From positions 64,001-128,000 of the forward strand of contig CAVYIM010000007.1 in the NCBI GenBank assembly GCA_963768655.1: a DNA stretch of 64,000 bases, given 5' to 3'. Origin of the DNA: an uncultured Chloroflexia bacterium (GTDB taxonomy: Bacteria > Chloroflexota > Limnocylindria > Limnocylindrales > CSP1-4). The first letter of the stretch is position 1; every line of letters starts with the position of its first letter. The notes beneath the pieces were generated by a model, which saw only the letters and a list, made by a program, of their open reading frames with translations, did not search any database and was not told the origin of the DNA. Made by a program: the position numbers and the translations under genes. Of the stretch, positions 18,109-26,531 are shown piece after piece.

Positions 18109-19597
18109 GAGGATGTCCCGCTCGTCGTGGAATTTCAGTGAGGGTCGGGTCTCCAGGTTGCTGATCATATCGGTTGGTTGGTAGCGCTCGCCTCGCTTTC
18201 GATGTGGAGCTCGCGCTTCAGCGCAGCGGCAAGAATGGGCAGCTCCCGATAGCCACAGACTCGGCGGAACTGAGCCTCTGCGGCGAGCATCCCAGCGGCG
18301 GCCCAGCGCAGCGCCATCTCGCCCGACTCCCAGTTCTTCACCCGGCGGGCGTGCGTCTTGACGATCTCGATCATCGATTCCATCGGGTTGGTCGACTCGA
18401 GCGTCCTCCAGAGCGAGCCGCTGATGCCCAGACGCGTCAGGGTGAGCGTGTCGTCGAGCCCCTCGCGCAGCGACGCGGCGGCTCCCGGACGGCTGTGGGC
18501 CAGACTGCGGGCCAGGGAGTGGAGGGCCGCCTTCGCCCTGTCCGGATCTCGCTCGGCCCAGGCGGCCCGAAGCCGGCGCTGGGCGAGCGGTCGTTCGATC
18601 TCGGGCAGGTGCTCTAGAACGTTGCGCTCTTTGTGGCGATGGCAGCGATGGATCGCCACGCCTTTGCCCAAGAAGGTGGGGATGGCCGAACCGATGGCGG
18701 AGCCGCCGTCGACGACGAAGAGGACGCCTGCGCTTGTGTCCAGACCGCGATCGCGCAAGTCCGCCAGGAGCGCGTTGACCACCGCGCTGTTCTCGGTCGT
18801 GCCCTCGACCACGCCGAGGGGCACCTTGTGGCCGGCGGCGTCGATCCCGAGCGCGCCTACGAGCAGGTGATCGCCCAGGCGAAAGCCATCGAGCATGAGC
18901 ACGAGGTAGCGGCGGTCGTCGAGTCTGCGCCCGAGCAGCTCAGCCAGGCGCTCTGCCGTGGCGGCGAGGAAGCGGCGGCTGACGGCGGCGTGGCTGGTCG
19001 AGACGGCGGCCTCCTCGATGGCCTCGCCAACAGGCTCGAGGCCAACCGGATAGTCGCGAGTCGAGAGCCCCGCGAGCATCCGGGCGACGATCCCGTCGGC
19101 GAGCAGATCGCTGGCTCTCGCGGCCTCGTAGGTCGCGAGCGGCAGCTCGGCTGCTCCATCGGCACTTCGCACACGTGGCCGCTCGACGCGGAGTCGGCGG
19201 CCGCCCAGGGTCACGGTTCCGGCTTCACTGCCATGGCGATAGGCAACTCGATCCGCTCGGTGGCGGCCGCGTGGGCCGGCCAGGCCGTCAACCTCAGCCG
19301 CCATCAGCTCGTCGAGGACCTCGAGGCCGACCGCGGTCGAAGCGGCCAGCAGGCCCTCGCGCAGATGGCTCGCGAACGTGGCGAGATGGCCCTCGAGCCG
19401 CCCTGTCAGCTCAGCAGGAAGCTGGTGAACGAGACGGCGAGGTCGGCGGCATCGCTTCTCAGGGCGGGGCCGGACGTGGGACGATGGCATGGGTTCCTCC
19501 AGTTCGACTTTCCGGGTCTCCCGTAGCGTGACAGCTCACGCTCCGGGCTGGAGGACCCTCCCCTCAACTCAAATTCCACGGAACTCGGGACAACCTC
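18109..19597 (-). mobile_element. IS256-family insertion sequence, copy 2 (inverted)
   Basis: Same TIRs and identical transposase translation; TSD GGCAAGAG at 18101-18108 and 19598-19605. Confidence 0.95.
18165..19490 (-). CDS. IS256-family transposase
   Basis: Translation identical to 15416-16741. Confidence 0.95.
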   Translation of the reverse strand: MPSSHVRPRPEKRCRRPRRLVHQLPAELTGRLEGHLATFASHLREGLLAASTAVGLEVLDELMAAEVDGLAGPRGRHRADRVAYRHGSEAGTVTLGGRRLRVERPRVRSADGAAELPLATYEAARASDLLADGIVARMLAGLSTRDYPVGLEPVGEAIEEAAVSTSHAAVSRRFLAATAERLAELLGRRLDDRRYLVLMLDGFRLGDHLLVGALGIDAAGHKVPLGVVEGTTENSAVVNALLADLRDRGLDTSAGVLFVVDGGSAIGSAIPTFLGKGVAIHRCHRHKERNVLEHLPEIERPLAQRRLRAAWAERDPDRAKAALHSLARSLAHSRPGAAASLREGLDDTLTLTRLGISGSLWRTLESTNPMESMIEIVKTHARRVKNWESGEMALRWAAAGMLAAEAQFRRVCGYRELPILAAALKRELHIESEASATNQPI

Positions 19598-19652
19598 GGC
19601 AAGAGAAGTGGTGGACCGCTCACCGCAAGACACTACCCAAGGGGGAGGCCAG

Positions 19653-20606
19653 ATGTCGGTCGACATCCCGGCTCTAACTGCTGACCTGCAGGCCCAAGCC
19701 GCCAGCTCAGCCAATGAAATCGATCTCCGCATCCGGATCGAGCCCCTTATCGACATGGCTCGTGTTGGGCTGGGAGTAGCCACCGATCCGGAAAGGGAGA
19801 AGACCCTAGACGCCAGGAACAGCGTCGTTACGCTCCGAGGCCGGGCCGACACGATGTACGGCGGCCTCGTGATTGAGTACGAGCCGCCAGGCGCCCTGTC
19901 CACGGCCGGCGGCCTTGCCCACGCGGCCAAGCAGGCTCGGGAGTACATGCTGCTGTCGGCCTCGGTCTCGAGGCCCCACGAGCTTGACGCCCTGCGGCGT
20001 CACGCGGGCATCGTCTTTGACGGACGGCAGATCGGCTTCCTGCGCGCGACTGGACCCTCAGGCCCGGGCCCACTCCTGGTCCAGCTCGAAAAGATGATCC
20101 CGCTGGAGGGGCCATATCCGCTGAGCACCGGCTCGGTTAGCCAGCTCCTGCTCTACCTCCGGGCGCTCGGCAGGAAACGACTTGACGGCCGATCCCTGGC
20201 CGACACCTTTGGTCCGGAGGCGGGAAGCTCACCGCTGGCTCGGGATTTCGTCGCCCACCTGCTGTCTCGTATCGCGGACCCGGCGGCTCCACCGAAACCC
20301 CAGCTGCTTTATGCCGAGTGGATGCGCTCCTTCGGCGCCGTGTACGAGCAGGACACTAACAAGGCACGTCGCGATGCCGGACTCCTGGCGAAGCTGTACG
20401 GCGTTCCCCCAAGTACGGGCCTGCCGAGGCTCCTTTTCACCGTGCAGACGTACTACGCCCTGCTCATGAAGCTTCTGGCAGTCGAAGTGTTGTCGCTCCA
20501 GGCGGGATCACTGATTTCATCTGAAGCCTCCAAGGTCGCCAACGCCGGGCCCTCAGATCGCGCTCGAATCCTTGCCGACCTTGAGGCAGGCCGGCATGAT
20601 CCCTGA
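19653..20606 (+). pseudogene. N-terminal fragment of a Type IIG-like restriction-modification enzyme
   Basis: PD-(D/E)xK-like GRADTMYGGLVIEYE, IVFDG, and LFTVQTYYALLMKLLA; stops before any MTase motif; SD GGGGAGG. Confidence 0.7.
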
Positions 20607-20644
20607 TCCGTACCAGAACAACCCGTAGCTAAGGACATCTCATC

Positions 20645-21001
20645 ATGCCAACCTGGGCGCAGGCGTCTCTTGTCGCGGTGTGTGGTTTCTACTTGGCAGC
20701 GCTGTTCTCGTCCGATATGGCGATGGACCTCTTGGGCACTTCATACGAGGCGCTGCCCGGATTCGTCCGTCGGCAGATGTGGCGCACTGCCGAGCGGCGC
20801 GGGCAGTCCAATGGCATGGTCGGATCATTGAGTCGGGTCGTCGATCTATGTTTGGTGGGTCTGTGCGTGTCCATATTCGTCGTTGTGCTCGTCTACCCCG
20901 GATCGGAGGTCGGTGAGCAATTCGTGTCGGTGGCGTACCTGCTCGCTCAAGTCGGGTGGTTCTGGTATCTCGCTCGCCTGCCACGGTCGAGAGTTCGATA
21001 G
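20645..21001 (+). CDS. Small 3-TM membrane protein (paralogue of 13907-14260)
   Basis: Shared LFSSD..DLLGTSY.ALP.F.RRQMWR...DLCL...LVY.GS...GW..YL.RLPR.RVR. Confidence 0.8.
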   Translation: MPTWAQASLVAVCGFYLAALFSSDMAMDLLGTSYEALPGFVRRQMWRTAERRGQSNGMVGSLSRVVDLCLVGLCVSIFVVVLVYPGSEVGEQFVSVAYLLAQVGWFWYLARLPRSRVR

Positions 21002-21024
21002 GCGCCGAAGACAATGGAGTTGTC

Positions 21025-21801
21025 ATGACGGCCACGGTACGACTCTGGATCGAATCGCCTCTCTCTCTCGATCAATGTCGCGTGCGCCTGGGGGCTGGGC
21101 TTGGCGTTGGAGGAGCTTTCCCGGCAGGATCTGGGGGCCGTGCCAGTCCAGTGATTCGACTGAAGGAGAACACGGTCGAGGCAAGCGTGGTCGGCCCATC
21201 GTCTGGCTCCAGGCGGCAGAGTTGGGGGCGACCTCTGGAATTTAGGGGTCAGCTCGTTGCCAGAGGCACCGGGGCCGATCTCATCGGTCAGACCCACGGC
21301 GAAGGACGGTGGCCAGCGATTCTGTGCTGCCTGTGCCTGGGCTCGTGGCCGTTTCTGCAGACCATCGCGCTTATTGCTCCGGGCGATTGGATTGTGTTGA
21401 TCGTCTTACCTGTCGTTGGCGTCGTGTTCGAGGCGTATCCATACGCCCGGCTTCTCGCGCCGGAGAGAGCGGCGATCGCTCTCGTCCGGTGGCTTAGTCC
21501 CGCCTTGGATGCGTCTCACACGTCGACTGGCATGGTTGGGGACAGGCTCGAGAGCCTCGTTCGTCGCTGCGCCGGGACTGTCCGTTCAATTGAGTATGTA
21601 GCGACGGGCTCGATTGCTGCGGTGATCGCGTTCATCACGCCACCATGGTGGCCCAGGGGACTGGTGCTCACAAACCGGGGTGGCTTCGTCTTGATCGCGC
21701 TCCTCGTAGTCCTGTTGGGTGCGGTAGGAACGATCACCAGCCTGAGGTCAGCTCCGAGACCGGCGTCCGCGCAACCACCTATGCCGCCGTCGATGCCATA
21801 G
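21025..21801 (+). CDS. Hypothetical membrane protein
   Basis: About four TM segments; SD GGAG. Confidence 0.6.
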   Translation: MTATVRLWIESPLSLDQCRVRLGAGLGVGGAFPAGSGGRASPVIRLKENTVEASVVGPSSGSRRQSWGRPLEFRGQLVARGTGADLIGQTHGEGRWPAILCCLCLGSWPFLQTIALIAPGDWIVLIVLPVVGVVFEAYPYARLLAPERAAIALVRWLSPALDASHTSTGMVGDRLESLVRRCAGTVRSIEYVATGSIAAVIAFITPPWWPRGLVLTNRGGFVLIALLVVLLGAVGTITSLRSAPRPASAQPPMPPSMP

Positions 21802-21862
21802 GCGAGCCTGTCGATCAAGTTCGGCTCGAGCTCCGCGGGCACCCTCGCCCGGACCTACGACC

Positions 21863-22122
21863 TAGTGTCCCGAGCCGCTGCAGGGTAACTGGTTTGCAGC
21901 TACGATTCGGCTATGCCGAACCATCCAGCTCCGCCGTTGGTCATCAGCGAGTCTGAACGAGCATCCCTACTGGCCCTGATACGAGCGGGAACGACCGAGC
22001 AGCGACTCGCGATGCGGGCCCGGATCGTGCTTGCGGCAGCGGCCGGCACCGCGAACGAGCGGATTGCGGCCGAGCCATCAGGGTCCGACGCGGCTGCACC
22101 TGAGCCAAGCCCTTGGCCATAA
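21863..22122 (+). mobile_element. IS630-family remnant (left end plus truncated transposase N-terminus)
   Basis: TAGTGTCC-type end; ISESERASLLALIR...RARIVLAAAAG..NERIA helix-turn-helix start, then premature stop. Confidence 0.7.
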
Positions 22123-22163
22123 CACGTTGTCGAAAACAGCTTCATCTGAGGTTGTGAGAGAAG

Positions 22164-22367
22164 ATGAGCGCGTGGGATGTTGTTGACTACTGCGGGATAG
22201 CAGTATGGTTGGTGTGGATGTTGTGGTTCTGGAGGACACTGGCGAAGACGTTCCTCAACCCTCGCTACCCGTCTCAGCTTGGTGTGAAGGCTGCGGTGCC
22301 GGTAATTCTTGCGGCTCTTGCTTTGGCGGCTGTGTCAGGTCTGCTGCTGATGGCACAGGGCGGGTGA
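22164..22367 (+). CDS. Small 2-TM protein
   Basis: 67 aa, two hydrophobic stretches. Confidence 0.55.
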   Translation: MSAWDVVDYCGIAVWLVWMLWFWRTLAKTFLNPRYPSQLGVKAAVPVILAALALAAVSGLLLMAQGG

Positions 22368-22571
22368 CCAGTTCTCCGTCGAAGCGCGCTGTTGACGAAG
22401 CCGGAACTCTAGAGGTGTTGTCGCGAGAACGGCGGCGTGGGACCCGCTTGTCCGCCGTCAGTAATCTTGGACACCCTCGATCTGCGCAGCTCTTGCCTGT
22501 CGCGGTCGGAGGCCGAACCCGATGGCAGAGTTCGCGTGTCCGATCCGGGAGTCGGGTTCAGGGGCCGCCCA

Positions 22572-22907
22572 TCAGGGTTTGAACAGTTCGGCCGTGGAAA
22601 TGGCGTAATGCCCGCCGTCGGCGCTGCCGCCGGCGATCAAGACTGTGCCATCGGGCAGCAGGGTTGCTGTCTGATCACCTCGGGGCGTGTTCATCGAGCC
22701 GATCAGGTGAATGCCGGTGGTGGGGTCGTACAGCCCGGCGGAGGCGGCAGAATCGTTGGTATTCTCGTTAGGGCTTCCATCGGTCTCGATGGCGCAGGTG
22801 TGGTAGCGGCCGGCGCTCACAGCGGTGAAGGTGCCGGCGGGTGGGGTGGCCTCGCTGTAGGTGTTGTCACCCCAGCAGGCCAGGGTTCCGTCGGTCCTCC
22901 GCGATCT
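22572..22907 (-). pseudogene. Relic of an RCC1-like repeat fused in frame to a kelch repeat
   Basis: TDGTLACWGDNTY...FTAVSAGRYHTCAI (RCC1) then LYDPTTG..GSMNTPR..QTATLLPDGTVLIAGG..AELF (kelch); upstream in-frame TAG and no proper start. Confidence 0.7.
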
Positions 22908-23212
22908 CTACCATCCCGTGTGCAGTGGAACGCCGAAGATCGAGGTCTGGGCGACGAAACGGCTCCACGAGGTCTAGCGGTGCACGCACGCGTCGCGCCG
23001 ACTCAATAGCCTGACTCCGCCCAGCTCCGCCGGTTACCGACGATCTCGGCCCGGTGCCAGCCAGTTCGCACGTCCGGTCGGGATCCGTGCTCGGTACTCT
23101 TGGGCACTATCGAGCTTCGCTCTGGCCCGGGATGCTACCGGGGCAGGGAGCCCGCCCGTCGTACATGGAAGCTGACAAGGCGCTTCCCGCGACAAGGATG
23201 GGGGGTAGAGAA

Positions 23213-24331
23213 ATGGACGGCGTCCAAGCCTGCGCGCGATGCGGCACAGCACTCACGCCGGGCATTGCCTTCTGCGGGGCCTGCGGTCTGGCCGTCGGAC
23301 GTGCCGCGGTCCCACCCACGGCTCCACCGACGGCCCCACCTCAGTGGGCGCAGGCACCCGGTCCGCCGCCGTGGGCGCAATCGCCGGTCCCACCCGTGGG
23401 CCCACCGGCACCGCCGCCGTGGGCTCAGGCACCCGCGCCGAAGCCCACGTATGTGCACCAAAGGTTCGTGGGTTGGTGGGTCCGGCTCTCGCGCCGAGGG
23501 AAGATCGGGACGAGCGTAGCCGTCGTGATGGCCATCCTCGTACTGGCAGCCATAGGAGGCAGTTCGGGAGCGAGCGGAGGAGCCGGCGGCTCTCCCAACC
23601 CGTCCGCCGGTGGGACCCCAGGAAACGTGGGCGCCGTTACGAGCGCCTCTACGCCGTCGCCTTTGCCGACGCCAACGGTTGTGCCTACTGCGACTCCCTT
23701 GCCGACGGCCGTGCCGGTGCCGACGGCCGTGCCGAAGCCGACACCCACTCCGTCACCTACGGCCGTGCCGACGCTCGGCCTCGACTTCAACCCCATCAGT
23801 CTTTCCGGGCGGGGAAACAAGGTTCCGAAGTTCACGATCCCCGAAGACGCGGCTGGAATCGCCACTATCACCAACCACGGCAGTGCCAACTTCGTGGTCT
23901 GGTCAATCGCTGCGGATGGCTCGCAGCTCGACCTCCTTGTGAACACGATCGGCAGCTACTCCGGAACCGTGCTCTTCGACACGGGCGCGAATGAGCACTC
24001 GGTTGCCTTCAGCGTCGAGTCGGATGGTTCGTGGACGATAGCAATCAAGCCTCTTCAGCTCGCTCGGTCGTGGGATGGAGTGTCGAAGTTGACCGGTCGC
24101 GGCGATGATGTAGTTCAGCTCCAGCAGGAGATAGCGGGCCTTGCGACGGCGACGATCACGTACTCGGGCTCCGGCAACTTCGCCGTCTGGGCGTACAGCG
24201 ATAGCGGCGCCGACTTGCTGGTAAACGAGATCGGCAAGTACAGCGGCGACACACAGTTGCCGGCCGGAACCGTTTTGCTGGCGATCAGCGCCTCTGGGAC
24301 GTGGACGGTCACCCCGGACCTCAGCGAATAG
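23213..24331 (+). CDS. Zinc-ribbon, Pro-rich, single-TM protein with duplicated extracellular beta domain
   Basis: CARCG..FCGACG; TM; PT linker; two NF.VW...DLLVN.IG.YSG repeats. Confidence 0.85.
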   Translation: MDGVQACARCGTALTPGIAFCGACGLAVGRAAVPPTAPPTAPPQWAQAPGPPPWAQSPVPPVGPPAPPPWAQAPAPKPTYVHQRFVGWWVRLSRRGKIGTSVAVVMAILVLAAIGGSSGASGGAGGSPNPSAGGTPGNVGAVTSASTPSPLPTPTVVPTATPLPTAVPVPTAVPKPTPTPSPTAVPTLGLDFNPISLSGRGNKVPKFTIPEDAAGIATITNHGSANFVVWSIAADGSQLDLLVNTIGSYSGTVLFDTGANEHSVAFSVESDGSWTIAIKPLQLARSWDGVSKLTGRGDDVVQLQQEIAGLATATITYSGSGNFAVWAYSDSGADLLVNEIGKYSGDTQLPAGTVLLAISASGTWTVTPDLSE

Positions 24332-24696
24332 CGAACGCAGAGGCCGGGGCAAGGCCACTTGAATCGAGGGTCTACTAGAGGATTGCCCGTCGGACCACGA
24401 CCGAAGCCGTCGCTATGAGCAGCTCGTGTCGATTGTGACAAACGGTCGGCTGGCTGCCCTTGTTGGGCGTTCTCTGACGATCTGTCAGCTCCTGCTCCAG
24501 TCGGCAAGTAGGACTGGAAACGAGGCGAGGTGTCCGCCCGACCGGGCGGATGACGGCTGAAACGGGTTCGCGCGTCCCAGATGGCGCCTGGCTGGCCGCC
24601 ACAGCGTCGGGTTCGCGGCCGTCCTAGTGCCGACCTGGTGGCCCACGCCCCATAGGCATGTGCGTCACCAGTGGAGCCCGTTCATGCAGAATCGTT

Positions 24697-24720
24697 TCGG
24701 CAACCTCATCGGCAACCTCA
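24697..24720. promoter_or_regulatory. Perfect tandem 12-bp direct repeat upstream of the esterase/DUF2156 operon
   Basis: TCGGCAACCTCA twice, ending 38 bp before GTG 24759. Confidence 0.45.
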
Positions 24721-24758
24721 GGTGCAACGAACGGGTTGGATCCTTGAGGGAGGGCGCA

Positions 24759-26411
24759 GTGCGAAAAGGCGTGTTCTCCAGTGCAGCGGGCCGGCTAGCC
24801 GCACTCCGCGTCCTGGTTGGGCCACTCTCTTCCCTGCGCAAACACGTCCGCCTTGCAGTTGCCGTCGCGGCGGCTGCCTTCATGCTTCTCGCGGTCAACG
24901 TCTCGGGCTTTGTGCAGGGCTCGGATGCGAGCCTCGTGATCATGGGATTCGACCCAGATCGAGCCCAGCTCATTACCTCTCTGCTCGTGGGCGCTGGCGC
25001 GGCCGCCTTGGCTTACCTGTGCAGCGATCTGTTCGTGACCGCAGTGCTTCTCGGCCTCTTCGCGGCGACCATCTTGTACGCAGACACCTTTGCCCAGGAG
25101 ACGACCTCGGCACTTGCTTCCACTGGAGCTGACGGCATCTTCGATCCGGGTGGCTGGCTCTTGACCCTGGTGACGCTCGTGACTACAGCGGTGGTCGTCG
25201 GCTGGTCGGCCGCGACACTGTCAGGCCCAATTCGGCGGCACCTCATAGCGGCAGGCCAGGTTCTCGTTGGAGCCGTCAGAGAGCGGAGGATCGACCTGCG
25301 AGCGCTGGCCGGGCCGATTGTGGTGGCGGTCATTGCGACTCTGCTCGCGGTCTCAGTCCCCACTCTGGGAGACATGCTCAACTACACGCCCGACTCGCAC
25401 ATGTTGACCGGCGGACAGCCCCTGGAGGGCCTCGCGGGTGGCGACGGTTCCACGCCGTCGGCCACTGCAGGACCTGGCGACATGAACGGCATGGGTACGC
25501 CCTCGCCCTCACCCTCTCAGACGCCCACGAGTGGACCGGACCTGACCCCGAGCGCTTCGGCCTCTGTGGCTGCGAACTCAGGGCCTCGCCCGTGGCTGGC
25601 TTGGAGGCCGTCCGGGCCAGGCCGGGTGGAGACCGACGGGCTGCCCGCCCCATGGGTCGGCGGGCACACCCTCGACATCTCGGTGTACCTTCCGCCCGGA
25701 TACCAGACCAGCGGTCAACGACGCTACCCGGTGGAGTACGAACCGCTCGACTCGTTCGCGAGGTGGAATCAGGCATTTGGCGTCAAGGCGGAGCTCGACG
25801 TGCTCACAGATCAAGGCACGATCCCCGCCTCGCTCGTGGTGTTCATCGACACTTCAGGTGGTCCGTACCAGGACAGCGAATGCGCCAACTCCACGGACGG
25901 CGAAGAGTGGATGGGTCGGTTCCTCGGAGAGACCGTTCCGACGTACATCGACGCCCACTATCGGACGATCACCGAGCCCGCCGCCCGAACCCTGCTCGGG
26001 TTCTCGCAGGGCGGCTACTGCGCAGCCATGCTGATCCTCGACTACCCCAACGTCTTCGGCAATGCCGTCTCGATTTCGGGCTACTTCCACGCCGGGCTCG
26101 GGAGCGCGAACGCTTGGCGTCCCTTCGGCCACGATCAGAGCGTCCTGGATCAGTACTCGCCGGCGTTGGTGGCGCCGCAGTTGTCGGCCAGTACGATAAG
26201 CAGCCTGTACTTCGTCATCGACTTCGATCCTGCTCAACCCCTCTACGGGCCGGAGGGGAAGGCCTTCGTGGCAGTCCTACAGAGGTCCGGATACGCGTAC
26301 GCGGTTATCGATTCTCCGCAGCACCACAGCTGGACTCAAGTCCGGTACGGGCTGAGTCCGACCCTGGCACTCGTTGCCAGCCGGCAAGCGGGGGAGGCGG
26401 TATTCTCCTGA
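24759..26411 (+). CDS. Membrane-anchored alpha/beta-hydrolase (PF00756 esterase-like), copy 1
   Basis: Multi-TM N-domain (MGFDPDRA), PT linker, VYLPPGY..RRYPV, GFSQGG nucleophile elbow, HHSW; SD GAGGGAGG. Confidence 0.88.
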   Translation: MRKGVFSSAAGRLAALRVLVGPLSSLRKHVRLAVAVAAAAFMLLAVNVSGFVQGSDASLVIMGFDPDRAQLITSLLVGAGAAALAYLCSDLFVTAVLLGLFAATILYADTFAQETTSALASTGADGIFDPGGWLLTLVTLVTTAVVVGWSAATLSGPIRRHLIAAGQVLVGAVRERRIDLRALAGPIVVAVIATLLAVSVPTLGDMLNYTPDSHMLTGGQPLEGLAGGDGSTPSATAGPGDMNGMGTPSPSPSQTPTSGPDLTPSASASVAANSGPRPWLAWRPSGPGRVETDGLPAPWVGGHTLDISVYLPPGYQTSGQRRYPVEYEPLDSFARWNQAFGVKAELDVLTDQGTIPASLVVFIDTSGGPYQDSECANSTDGEEWMGRFLGETVPTYIDAHYRTITEPAARTLLGFSQGGYCAAMLILDYPNVFGNAVSISGYFHAGLGSANAWRPFGHDQSVLDQYSPALVAPQLSASTISSLYFVIDFDPAQPLYGPEGKAFVAVLQRSGYAYAVIDSPQHHSWTQVRYGLSPTLALVASRQAGEAVFS

Positions 26412-26531
26412 GCTGCCGGCGCGGAACAACCAGCGTAGGTCAGGCGTCTCCTAGGTGGACGAGGCTCTGACGCTCCAGGGCGATCCTTCATCCGTACTCA
26501 CCCGGTGCCTCTCTCGAAGCGGGGAGTGGGA

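Noticed and set aside
15309-19597. Composite transposon formed by the two IS256 copies
   Set aside because: Each copy has its own TSD and the outer flanks do not match each other.
24474-24565. Hammerhead ribozyme (CTGACGA ... GAAAC)
   Set aside because: Stem II cannot pair between the core motifs.
8275-24600. Classical integron
   Set aside because: The integrase lacks an evident IntI-specific insertion and no convincing attC hairpins were found; CCCTAAC at ~12425 is isolated.
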